Assembly (NCBI GenBank): GCA_963842525.1 | Contig: CAWJGT010000001.1 | Span: forward strand, 320,001-384,000 | DNA: 64,000 nucleotides | DNA from: an uncultured Holophagales bacterium | GTDB lineage: Bacteria > Acidobacteriota > Thermoanaerobaculia > Multivoradales > UBA5704 | Direction: 5' to 3' | Part shown: in pieces, positions 9,227 through 21,459 of the stretch | Layout of the letters: each line of letters opens with the position of its first letter | How positions within the stretch are numbered: position 1 is the first letter of the stretch | Notes under the pieces: model-generated | The model's input: the letters and a program-made list of their open reading frames with translations, nothing else | What the model was told of the DNA's origin: nothing | Databases searched by the model: none | Translations under genes and position numbers: made by a program

Positions 9227-10903
9227 ATGACTCGAAAAGCATGCACAGCTATTCTATTCATCACGCTTGCAAGCGTCCCGGTTCAAGCTTACGGGCTGGA
9301 GGCTAAGGAGCCCTGCAAAGCCCTGGAAAGCGAGTCTCCCTCCAAGGCCTTCGTGCGCTGCTCCACAGAGATGCAGAAAGTGACAGAGAAGGCCGAGAAC
9401 GGAGAGGTGAGCCCGGAGGCCAAAACCATGGTGCGAGCAGTCGCGAAGAAGGCCCTGGACGAGGCGGGCACGCAAGTGTTCGCACAGGCTTCGAGCGCTG
9501 ATGCGGCGGATGCATCCGGCTCGCGCGTAAGCGATTCCCTCGCCGACCTCCTTCCGCTCCTCCAAGGCGCGGTCACTCCGGCCAATACATCCGGCGACGG
9601 TGTGCCTGTGGTGCTCAACTTCAACTCTCCACCCTTTCTGCGGGGCAAGACTTCGCTGCAGGCAGTCCTGTCCGAGCCCACGCTCTTCGCGCCTCTCGAA
9701 AAGAAGTTCACCGAGGCCGACCGCGATAACGAGACCAAAGCGTTGCTCGATCGTGCGGGTGGGTTTGGAGATACCACCTACACGCTCGGCTGGTCTCCGG
9801 ACCTGCGCGCGGGCAACTGGTCGACGACGCGGCAGCTCTTCGGGCGGGAGCCGAAGACCTATCTTCCTCTCATCAATGAATACGCCGATGACGTCTTGTT
9901 GCCAGAGTTGTTGCCAGAGTACACCGCCAAAGTCGACAAGCTCCTCAAGGACGCCAGGAAGAATCTGCGTGAGCCGGCGAAAAAGCTCGCCAGCCAGCTC
10001 GGCGTCGACCCGGATGTCGTCTACAACGACCTGACATTTTTTCAGCTCCGCGAGAAGGCAGGAGCCACCGCGGATCCCGAAAGTGCCATCGATCTGGTCG
10101 ACCAGATAGAAAAAGCCGTCAACGATCTCTCGATCCTCGAACGAGACGCCCAGGACACGCTCGATGCGAGGGACAAGCTCGACGAGCGCTTCGCGGCTCT
10201 CGTAGGAAACCAACCCGAGCTTCAGGTCCGCGCAAGCTTCCGGGATGCCGACACCGCCGTCGGACCGCGCGATTACGCCCTCTCGGTCGTGTATGCAGCC
10301 GGGTCTCGCAACTTCAACAGCCTGCTCGACGACTATCGAGGGCTTATCAAGCAACGGCCGGATACGAGCGGCGAGATCAAAGCTGAAGAGCGGAGAAAGC
10401 TCAAGAAGCAAGCCTTCGACGAGCTGACAGAGCGTGCGCTCAACAGCGATTGGTGGCGGATGACCTATGCGATCACCTACAAGAAGATTGACGACTACGA
10501 CGAGACGTTCGAAGATACGCTCGACGATGGAATCCAGAAGCTTCCGATCCCTCTCAAGGTGTCCGGCGTCGCGGAATGGCAGCTCCGGCTCAACTATTCC
10601 CAGCTTGCCGGCCCCGACTTCTTCAACGCGGATGCCCGCCCACGCCTCGCTTTTGCTGTCGAGGGGACCTGGGTCCAGGAAGACGGGGACATCCCCGAGG
10701 CATTGCGCCGTCAGGACCGTCTCGTGGGGCGCATCACCTATACGGTCCCATCGACGGACAACCTGACTTTCCCGGTCTCGATCGTCTTCGCGAACCACCC
10801 GGAGTTCCTGAGCGAAGACAAGGACCTCAAGAACCGGCTCTCCGCTCATGTGGGTTTGAGCTACAAGCTGGCCCCGCCGAGAGTGGCCAAACCGGCCGAG
10901 TAA
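9227..10903 (+). CDS. Secreted hypothetical protein, possible beta-barrel with helical inserts
   Basis: Signal peptide; alternating beta segments (TTYTLGW, WQLRLNY, AHVGLSYKL) between helical stretches. Confidence 0.7.
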   Translation: MTRKACTAILFITLASVPVQAYGLEAKEPCKALESESPSKAFVRCSTEMQKVTEKAENGEVSPEAKTMVRAVAKKALDEAGTQVFAQASSADAADASGSRVSDSLADLLPLLQGAVTPANTSGDGVPVVLNFNSPPFLRGKTSLQAVLSEPTLFAPLEKKFTEADRDNETKALLDRAGGFGDTTYTLGWSPDLRAGNWSTTRQLFGREPKTYLPLINEYADDVLLPELLPEYTAKVDKLLKDARKNLREPAKKLASQLGVDPDVVYNDLTFFQLREKAGATADPESAIDLVDQIEKAVNDLSILERDAQDTLDARDKLDERFAALVGNQPELQVRASFRDADTAVGPRDYALSVVYAAGSRNFNSLLDDYRGLIKQRPDTSGEIKAEERRKLKKQAFDELTERALNSDWWRMTYAITYKKIDDYDETFEDTLDDGIQKLPIPLKVSGVAEWQLRLNYSQLAGPDFFNADARPRLAFAVEGTWVQEDGDIPEALRRQDRLVGRITYTVPSTDNLTFPVSIVFANHPEFLSEDKDLKNRLSAHVGLSYKLAPPRVAKPAE

Positions 10904-10945
10904 AAGCGGCCGGAAGGGCTGGCCCCAACAGAGGTACCGTAACAA

Positions 10946-11041
10946 GGGGTGCCAGACGTCTGGCACCCTTGCTGCCTAGGGCTCGAAGACGCGCTCGAAA
11001 TACCCGCCTTCTTCCGGCGTCGCCTCTTCCTCGTCGATGCC
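10946..11041. repeat. Direct repeat copy 2, including the perfect palindrome GGGTGCCAGACGTCTGGCACCC
   Basis: Partner of 8733-8828; the hairpin lies between convergent genes. Confidence 0.9.
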
Positions 11042-12531
11042 GGCGAGCCGGCGAGCCAGTTGCTTCTTGTAGTCGAGATCCATCTGCCGGGCGATCTGGA
11101 TGCGCTGGGCCTGGGGCGAGCCGGCGCCGTGCATCGATTCCGTGAGGTATCCGACGGCGTTGCGGCCGAGCGTCATGTTCTCGATCAGGCGCAGGATCCG
11201 CATCCGGGTCTCCGCCGGGATGTCCGCCCTTCCCTTGAGGTACTTGCGCAGCAGGGGCCCGGTCTCGTCGCTCTCGAGCTCCTTCTCCGACGGCATCGTC
11301 ACCATCAGCCCGCCCGCGAGGTCCTGGGCGAGCCGGCCGATCTCGTAGGGCATCTTCGTCACGTGGTGCTTGCAGACGTTGGCGATCATGTCGTCGTTCA
11401 GGTAGCAGCCCGACTTCATCGGCCGCGCTTGATAGGACGAGGCGATGCCCGTGGAATAGATCGTCTCGTTGAGGTGCGTCATCTCCACGAGCTTGTCCTT
11501 GACATGGGAGGCCTTGTCGACGCCGTTGTATTCGGCGATCGCCGCGGCGGCGCCGATCAGCACGTCGCCGACGCCGCTCTTTGCAGACGTAGCTCCGCCG
11601 GTGATAGCAGGTGAACCGTTCAACCAGCATCGCCGCGTATTCGGTCTCCCCATCCATGAAGACGAGGTCGCGGGGGATGAAGACGTCCTCGAAGATGACC
11701 ATCGCCTCCTGGCCGGAAAACCTTGCATTGCCGGCGTCGAGCCCGCTTCCCTCGAGATGGCGCGTGTCGCAGGACTGGCGGCCGTAGATGTAGGTGATCC
11801 CGGGGGCGTCCACGGGGACGGCGCCGACCACCGCGAAGTCGCGGTCTTCGGGGCCGAGGCGCAGCGTCGGCATGACGATCATCCAATGGGAGTTGATGCA
11901 CCCGGTCTGGTGGGCCTTGGCGCCCCGGATCCACAGCCCCTCCTCGGTGCGCCGGATCACATGGACGTAGAGGTCGGGATCCTCCTGCTGATGCGGCGGC
12001 TTCGAGCGGTCGCCCTTGACGTCGGTCATGGCGCCGCCGACGACCTGATTGCGGCGCTGGACGCCGGCAAGAAAGGCTTTCAGACGCTCGTGGTAGGGGG
12101 TGCCATGCCGCTCGTCGATCTCGCAGGTGACGGAATGGCGCGTTGAAAGCGTCCATGCCCACGCAGCGCTGGAAGCAGGTGCCCGTGAGCTGCCCGAGCT
12201 TGCGCTGCATCTTGTTCTGCATCACGAGGTCCTCGGGGCTGCCGGCGATGTGGAGGAAGCGGTTGACCCGCTCGCCGGTCAGGGGTGAGACCGCCGTGGC
12301 GAGATCGGGCTCGCGCAGCGCCAGGTCGTAGGTCTCGGCCACGGCGTTGATCGAGGGCCGGATCACCGGATGATCGACCGGCTCGTCCACGAGCTCGCCG
12401 AAGAGGAAGACCCTGAGCCCACGCCCGCGGAGGCTCCGGATATAGTCCTCGCCGGTGACAATCGGCTGATCCCGGTCCGGCTCGGAGGTCGGTGCAGCGG
12501 CGATGGGAACATACGCGGCGGATGTGGGCAT
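10976..12531 (-). CDS. abfD: 4-hydroxybutyryl-CoA dehydratase-like protein (HpaB/AbfD family), two apparent frameshifts
   Basis: TGTCFQRCVGMD (Fe-S Cys), MTDVKGDRS, GAKAHQTG, ESMHGAGSPQAQR; frame breaks near 12145 and 11580. Confidence 0.8.
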
Positions 12532-12569
12532 GGTCTCTCCCTTCCAGCGGGATGATACCGGATCAGCTC

Positions 12570-13394
12570 CTAAGCGTCGGGTGCCCGCAGGCAGCGCTCC
12601 AGCAGGCGGGCGTCTCCGAGGCGCTCCGTATATGCGGCGAACGCGGCGGTGGGGCCGCGCCAGCGCAGCTCTTCGATGTCGCGGAAGAGGGGTGCGTCGG
12701 TCCTGAGCGTCGCTAGGTCCTTGAAGAGCAGCGCCAGGTCGCGCTTGTCCTCCAGGACGCCGGGAGGGAAGCTCTCGATGCTGCCGTGGCGATTGAGGAG
12801 CCGTGCCGCCGTCCTGGGGCCGATTCCAGGGATGCCTGGATAGCCGTCTGCGGCGTCGCCGACGAGGGCGAGGAAATCGGGGATCAGGACCGGGTCGACC
12901 TCGAATTTCTCGCGGACTCCGTCCGCCGTGAAGATCTTGTTCCCTCGGCGGTCGACCTGCACCACGCGGTCGCCGCGGACGCACTGTGCAAGGTCCTTGT
13001 CAGGTGTCCAGATGCAGACCTTCTGGACGCTTTCGTCGTCCGCGGCGATGCGGGCGGCGGAGGCGAGCGCGTCGTCCGCCTCCAGCTCGATCATGGGCCA
13101 GACGGCGACGCCCATGGCGGTGAGGGCCTCTTCCAGCGGGTGGAACTGCGCGAGGAGCGCGCGCTCGACACCCTGCGCCGTCTTGTAGCCGGGCCAGAGA
13201 CGGTTGCGGAAGGACTCGATGACGTGGTCGGTCGCCACGCCGAGGTGCGTCGCCCCCTTCTCGATCATCTCCAACACCGTGTGCAGCACGCCGGCCACAG
13301 CCCCGAAAGGCGCATCCTTGCCCTTGTTGAAACGGCGCTGGCCGTAGAAGTGGCGGAACAGCTCGTACGTGCCGTCAAGGAGATGAATCATCAT
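12570..13394 (-). CDS. 5'-3' exonuclease / flap endonuclease
   Basis: HLLDGTYELFR, EADD, PDKDLAQ, LVGDAADGYPGIPGIGPRTA (H3TH). Confidence 0.9.
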   Translation of the reverse strand: MMIHLLDGTYELFRHFYGQRRFNKGKDAPFGAVAGVLHTVLEMIEKGATHLGVATDHVIESFRNRLWPGYKTAQGVERALLAQFHPLEEALTAMGVAVWPMIELEADDALASAARIAADDESVQKVCIWTPDKDLAQCVRGDRVVQVDRRGNKIFTADGVREKFEVDPVLIPDFLALVGDAADGYPGIPGIGPRTAARLLNRHGSIESFPPGVLEDKRDLALLFKDLATLRTDAPLFRDIEELRWRGPTAAFAAYTERLGDARLLERCLRAPDA

Positions 13395-13487
13395 CGGCGA
13401 TCGTAACACTCCAGCTCATGAGCCGAGCTGGCGCCGATGCGGTAGGATGCGGAGACGGAGGATCATTTCGCCTCCAGGAGGGTTCCC

Positions 13488-13964
13488 ATGTCCGCAGAAT
13501 CGAAGCCTTTCATCACACCTGATGCCCTGCTGGCCCAGTGGCAGGGACACCGCCGGCTGACCCGGCGCGTCATCGACGCGTTTCCCGAAGACAAGCTGTT
13601 CACCTTCTCGGTCGGCGGCATGCGGCCGTTCGGCGAGCTCGCGATGGAGATGGTCACCATGGGCGTGCCGATGGTGCGCGGCGCGGTCTCCGGCGAGTGG
13701 AGCACCTCGATGAGCCGCGACCTGCGGCCCAAGGAGGAGATTCTGCGCCTTTGGGACGAGAGCACCGAGCAGCTCGACGCGCTTTGGCCGCAGATCCCGC
13801 CGGAGCGATTCCAGGAGACGCTGACCGCCTTCGGCCAGTACACCGACGTGCTGCACAACCTGATCCTGTACGTCATCGACAACGAGATCCATCACCGCGG
13901 CCAGGGCTACGTGTACCTCCGCGCACTGGGCATTGCGCCGCCCCCTTTCTACGAGCGGGGCTGA
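13488..13964 (+). CDS. DinB family protein
   Basis: NEIHHRGQGYVYLR motif. Confidence 0.9.
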   Translation: MSAESKPFITPDALLAQWQGHRRLTRRVIDAFPEDKLFTFSVGGMRPFGELAMEMVTMGVPMVRGAVSGEWSTSMSRDLRPKEEILRLWDESTEQLDALWPQIPPERFQETLTAFGQYTDVLHNLILYVIDNEIHHRGQGYVYLRALGIAPPPFYERG

Positions 13965-14036
13965 TTCGACTCGATCTCTGGGGCGCGGGGCACCATGAGA
14001 TACGGGAGGACTCACCCTTCCAGAAGGGAGACACCT

Positions 14037-14282
14037 ATGAAAGCTTTGCTGCGTCTCGCCTTGGCCGTCGTCATCCTGGCCGGTGTGGTTACGGTCCCCA
14101 CATCCGCGGACAGCGCCTCGTTGAGCTGGCAGATCGGCAGCGGCTCGTTCGAGCTGCAATGCGCGCAGTTCTGCATGGTGGCCCTCTGCCCCGAACCGCA
14201 GACCTGTGGGGTCTTTACCGACTCCAACGGCCAGCGTGCCTGCGGCTGCCACAATCCCTATGGGGGACCCGTCGGCTCCTGA
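14037..14282 (+). CDS. Secreted Cys-rich peptide (six Cys)
   Basis: RBS GGGAG; signal peptide; CAQFCMVALCPEPQTC...ACGC. Confidence 0.75.
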   Translation: MKALLRLALAVVILAGVVTVPTSADSASLSWQIGSGSFELQCAQFCMVALCPEPQTCGVFTDSNGQRACGCHNPYGGPVGS

Positions 14283-14351
14283 CCGCGAACGTGCGAGGTC
14301 AGACCCGGTCCGGGGAGAGGCCTGCCCTGGACCGGGTGCTCAGGTGACAAG

Positions 14352-14555
14352 TCACCAGCATTCGCAGAAGCATGCGGGGGTGCAGCGACCCAACCCGACT
14401 CCGCAGTAGCTCTCGCAATTCATCTGGCAGATATCCTGATACGGACACCACCAGCCGAGGTTGGACTGCGCCCGCTCGCCGGCCGGCGACAGTTGCGTCA
14501 AGGAAACAAGAAGACAGACAACCGCGGTAGCCATCGCCCTGTGTACAGCTCGCAT
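14352..14555 (-). CDS. Secreted defensin-like peptide (eight Cys in the C-terminal 31 aa)
   Basis: RBS GAGGAGG; hydrophobic leader; WWCPYQDICQMNCESYCGVGLGRCTPACFCECW. Confidence 0.75.
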   Translation of the reverse strand: MRAVHRAMATAVVCLLVSLTQLSPAGERAQSNLGWWCPYQDICQMNCESYCGVGLGRCTPACFCECW

Positions 14556-14651
14556 AGAATGCCTCCTCTGTGTTGATGTCCTGATTCTCTCCTTCAGCCT
14601 TCTACTATACCCGACGAGCCCAGAGACGCCGCACCGATCATCCCGGAAGCG

Positions 14652-16313
14652 TCAGTCGCCGCCCGCGAGCAGGGCGCGGATCTCGTCGTCCTTGCCGGTC
14701 AGTTGCCAGCGGATCAACGACACCGGGATGACCCCGGCGGCATCGACCTCGGCGAAGAAGTCGGAGAGCTTGAAAGCGTTGCCGAGCTGGTGACTGCGCT
14801 CGGCCAGCAGACGCTCGATCTGGTATTTGCCCGTGATGTAGCTGCTGCCGTAGGTGGGCTGGCGTAAGTAGAGCTGCTGCTCGAAGCCGAGGAGATCGAG
14901 GTCTTCCCGCATCCAGCCACGAGGGGTCCACTTGACGTGAAAATCGCGCCCCTGCTGGAGGGTGAATTCGTTGGCGTGGACGTAGAGGGACCCCAGCCCG
15001 CGGGCGGCGCGCTGGGCCAGCATGATCCAGACGATCTCGCGCGCCCGCGGGTTGTCGTCGTAGAGACCGGCGTGCATCATCATCTCTTCCACCCCGGTGG
15101 CCAGGCCCTCGGAGCGGCCGGCGAAGATGTTGTATAGCAGTGGGCCACGACGGATCGGGCTGGCGTGCGGCTCCTCCCGCATGCGCGCCAGGTCCCACCA
15201 GTGATAGAAGTGGGTCCACAGCGTCATGGGCTCGTAGTGGATGGCAATATGAAAGAAATTGCGCGACTCGACGGGCACGAAGGCCCCGAGGTGGGCGCGC
15301 AGCGCCGGATCCATATAGCCGCGGATCGGCATGATCTCTTTCTGCGCCAGGAAGGCGAGGTATTTGCTCGCCGCCTGGTTGGCCCGCCGCGTGTACTCTT
15401 CGGGTGAGGCGATCGCGACCAGGGGCGGCAGATGCCGGTTGCGCTGCTCTTCGAGACGGAGGGAGGCGTGGGCGCGGTCGAGCTCCCGCCGCAGCAGCCG
15501 GACCTCGTCGTCCCAGGTCATCGGGATCAGATGGACGTTGCGCAACGCCCAGTTGTAGTGCTCTTTGCCGATTCCCGACGGGCCGGTCTTCGAGGGCGCC
15601 TGCTGCTCGAGCCAGGCGACGAAGTCCTCCGTCGCGCGCAGGGCCGCGGTGATAGAGCCGGTGAGAGCCTCGCCGGCTCCGCCGGTCCTCCGCCGCAGAT
15701 CCTCGAGCGTTGCCACCTGATCGCGCATCGTCCCGATGCCTGCCAGCCAGAGCTCGCGCGCATTGCCCACCAGGTTCTGCCGCGCCTGTTGGAGCAGAGG
15801 CGGGATGGTCCGGAGCTCCGAGGCCAATCGCGCCTCGTCCGCCGCGGCCAGCGGAAAGGTGTACGTCCACAGCTCGATGATGGCGTGGTGGGTCGGTCCC
15901 TCATGGGCCGGGGTATCGCTCTGGTCGGTCCACACCGAAAGGTAGAAGGCCGGGTCGCGGGCCCAGGGGCGAAGCACCCGGTGGTTGAAGTCGAGCCCGT
16001 TCATCTCGGCCCGTACGAGGTGGTAATCGACCTGCTGCGCGATGGGCCAGCCGCCCGGATCGATGGCCCGCAACCGCGCCTGGAAGGCGCGCAGCCCCTC
16101 GTGCTGAGCCGCCATGGCCGCCGCCCCATAGTCAGGCGCGCCGTCGCGCCGCGGCGGCGGCTCGAAGGCCCTCCACTGCGCGAAGAGGGCGACCAGCGCG
16201 TCGTAGCCCGCCGGCACCTCCTGCGAGCGCACGGTGGGAGGCAGCAGCATCGTGAGCACCAGCCCGAGAGTCAGCGCGCGGCTTGCAAGGTGGCGGGGAG
16301 CTTCAGAGCCCAT
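14652..16313 (-). CDS. DUF885 family secreted protein
   Basis: Signal peptide; WARDPAFY, EGLATGVEE, YGSSYITGK. Confidence 0.75.
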   Translation of the reverse strand: MGSEAPRHLASRALTLGLVLTMLLPPTVRSQEVPAGYDALVALFAQWRAFEPPPRRDGAPDYGAAAMAAQHEGLRAFQARLRAIDPGGWPIAQQVDYHLVRAEMNGLDFNHRVLRPWARDPAFYLSVWTDQSDTPAHEGPTHHAIIELWTYTFPLAAADEARLASELRTIPPLLQQARQNLVGNARELWLAGIGTMRDQVATLEDLRRRTGGAGEALTGSITAALRATEDFVAWLEQQAPSKTGPSGIGKEHYNWALRNVHLIPMTWDDEVRLLRRELDRAHASLRLEEQRNRHLPPLVAIASPEEYTRRANQAASKYLAFLAQKEIMPIRGYMDPALRAHLGAFVPVESRNFFHIAIHYEPMTLWTHFYHWWDLARMREEPHASPIRRGPLLYNIFAGRSEGLATGVEEMMMHAGLYDDNPRAREIVWIMLAQRAARGLGSLYVHANEFTLQQGRDFHVKWTPRGWMREDLDLLGFEQQLYLRQPTYGSSYITGKYQIERLLAERSHQLGNAFKLSDFFAEVDAAGVIPVSLIRWQLTGKDDEIRALLAGGD

Positions 16314-16464
16314 GGCGGATTCCTTTCTCGCACCGCAATCTTGTCACGGCTGCGTTGTCATGAGTCTCTCCTTTCCAGATGGGTCTGAGGAGAAGATGAG
16401 ACACCGCTACGCTTCTTTCAAAGATTGGGGGACAACGGCCCATCTACCTATCCGCCGCAGGCGG

Positions 16465-16610
16465 ATTTAGTTCAACTCGCCGAGTTAAGGCTTATGCGGA
16501 GGAGTTAAGGCTTATCCCGGCCGTTTAAGGCTTAACTCGACGAGCTAAGCCTTAAGTGAATGGCGTTAAGGCTTCGGCGGGCCGTTTAGCGTTAATCGGC
16601 TCAGTTAACC
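16465..16610. repeat. 20-bp-period array B (TTAAGGCTTA plus variable 10 bp)
   Basis: Core motif at 16485, 16505, 16525, 16545, 16566 and 16586. Confidence 0.85.
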
Positions 16611-16747
16611 ACCGCGGCCGCGGCCTGAGCCCTCGTCCTTGAGCGCCCATGGGGGGAGTCTCGGAGCGCTCTCGTCCTGGAGCAGGGTACGGGGTCCCTC
16701 GCTGGTGGCGGGCGTCGAGACCCGAGAAGCCGGGGCTGTGCCGGCCT

Positions 16748-16756
16748 TGCTACAAT
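16748..16756 (+). promoter_or_regulatory. Possible extended -10 element for the defence operon
   Basis: TGCTACAAT about 110 bp upstream of the helicase ATG. Confidence 0.35.
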
Positions 16757-16864
16757 ATCGAGAACACCAGGCAACGGGTGTCTCTGGGTTGGTTCTTGCC
16801 GCCGGGTGCGCCGCACCCGTGGGAACAGCTTGACCGCACCGCTGAGGAGGACTGTAGACGACGC

Positions 16865-20460
<3,596 letters not shown>

Positions 20461-20464
<4 letters not shown>

Positions 20465-21168
20465 AGCCGGCCAAACCTCGGAACAAGCGTCCCCAGGCGA
20501 CCCCTGCGCTTGCCGCTCCGCCCGAGGAACAGACCTTCGCCGAGGTCGTGGAGATGATCCAGGCCGCCCGCGGGCAGGCTCTGGCGGCCGTCAACACCGC
20601 CCTCGTCGATCTCTATTGGCGGATCGGTGAATACATCTCGCGCAAACTGGCGACCGCAAGCTGGGGCGAAGGCGTGGTGACCGACCTGGCCAGCTACATC
20701 GAGCGGCGTTACCCGAACCTCAGGGGCTTCACCCGCCGGAACTTGTTCAGAATGCGGCAGTTCTTTGAGACTTACACGAAGGACGAAATAGTGTCGGCAC
20801 CGCTGACACTATTGCCCTGGACCCACCACCTCCTGATTCTGAGTCGCTGCAGGCGGCCTGAGGAACGGCAGTTCTACATCCGTCTGGCCGTCCAGGAGAA
20901 GTGGTCCAGCCGCGACCTCGAGCGTCAGCTCGCCGGCGCCCTGTTCGAGCGCGCGGTGCTGAATCCGCCCAAAGTCTCAACCGCGTTGAGACAATTACAC
21001 CCCGGCGGACACCGAATGACCCCGAAGAAGAAGCTCATCGAAGTCGCCCTCCCGCTCGACGCCATCAACAAGGCCGGCGCGCGGGAGAAGTCCCCTTCCC
21101 GTTGCGCCGGTACACCATCCGCGTCCCCGGCAGCGCTTGCCCGCAGGTCGGTTACGCATGCCCCTTGA
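20461..21168 (+). pseudogene. DUF1016/YhcG N-terminal domain only, running into a duplicated methylase start
   Basis: VNTALVDLYWRIG, GFTRRNLFRMRQF, LPWTHH, WSSRDLERQ; the PD-(D/E)XK C-terminal half is absent. Confidence 0.8.
21006..21093 (+). repeat. 88-bp duplicate of the DUF1156 gene 5' end (partner at 21450-21537)
   Basis: Identical except for one base; encodes [20 protein letters not shown]. Confidence 0.95.
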
Positions 21169-21428
21169 ACGGTCACGCCTTCCCGTGGAGATGTCGCGCA
21201 TGCCTGTTCGACAGGTAGAGGCTCCCGTTGAACGGTCACGCGCTCCCGTTGAGCGGTCATGCAGAACTTGCTCACGGTCACGCGTTCCTGTTGAACGGTC
21301 ACGCGCTCCCGTTGAACGGTCATGCAGTACTTGCTCACAGTCACGCGCTCCCGTTGAACCGGCACGCGCTCCCGTTGAACGGGCACGCGTTCCCGTTGAA
21401 CGGGCACGCAGAACTTGCTCACGGGCGC
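21160..21428. repeat. 21-bp tandem array C, about 13 units
   Basis: Consensus CCCGTTGAACGGTCACGCGCT, with a variant unit ACTTGCTCACGGTCACGCG recurring. Confidence 0.95.
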
Positions 21429-21459
21429 GCCTGTTCGCGCTCTTCGGAACGGACACCGA

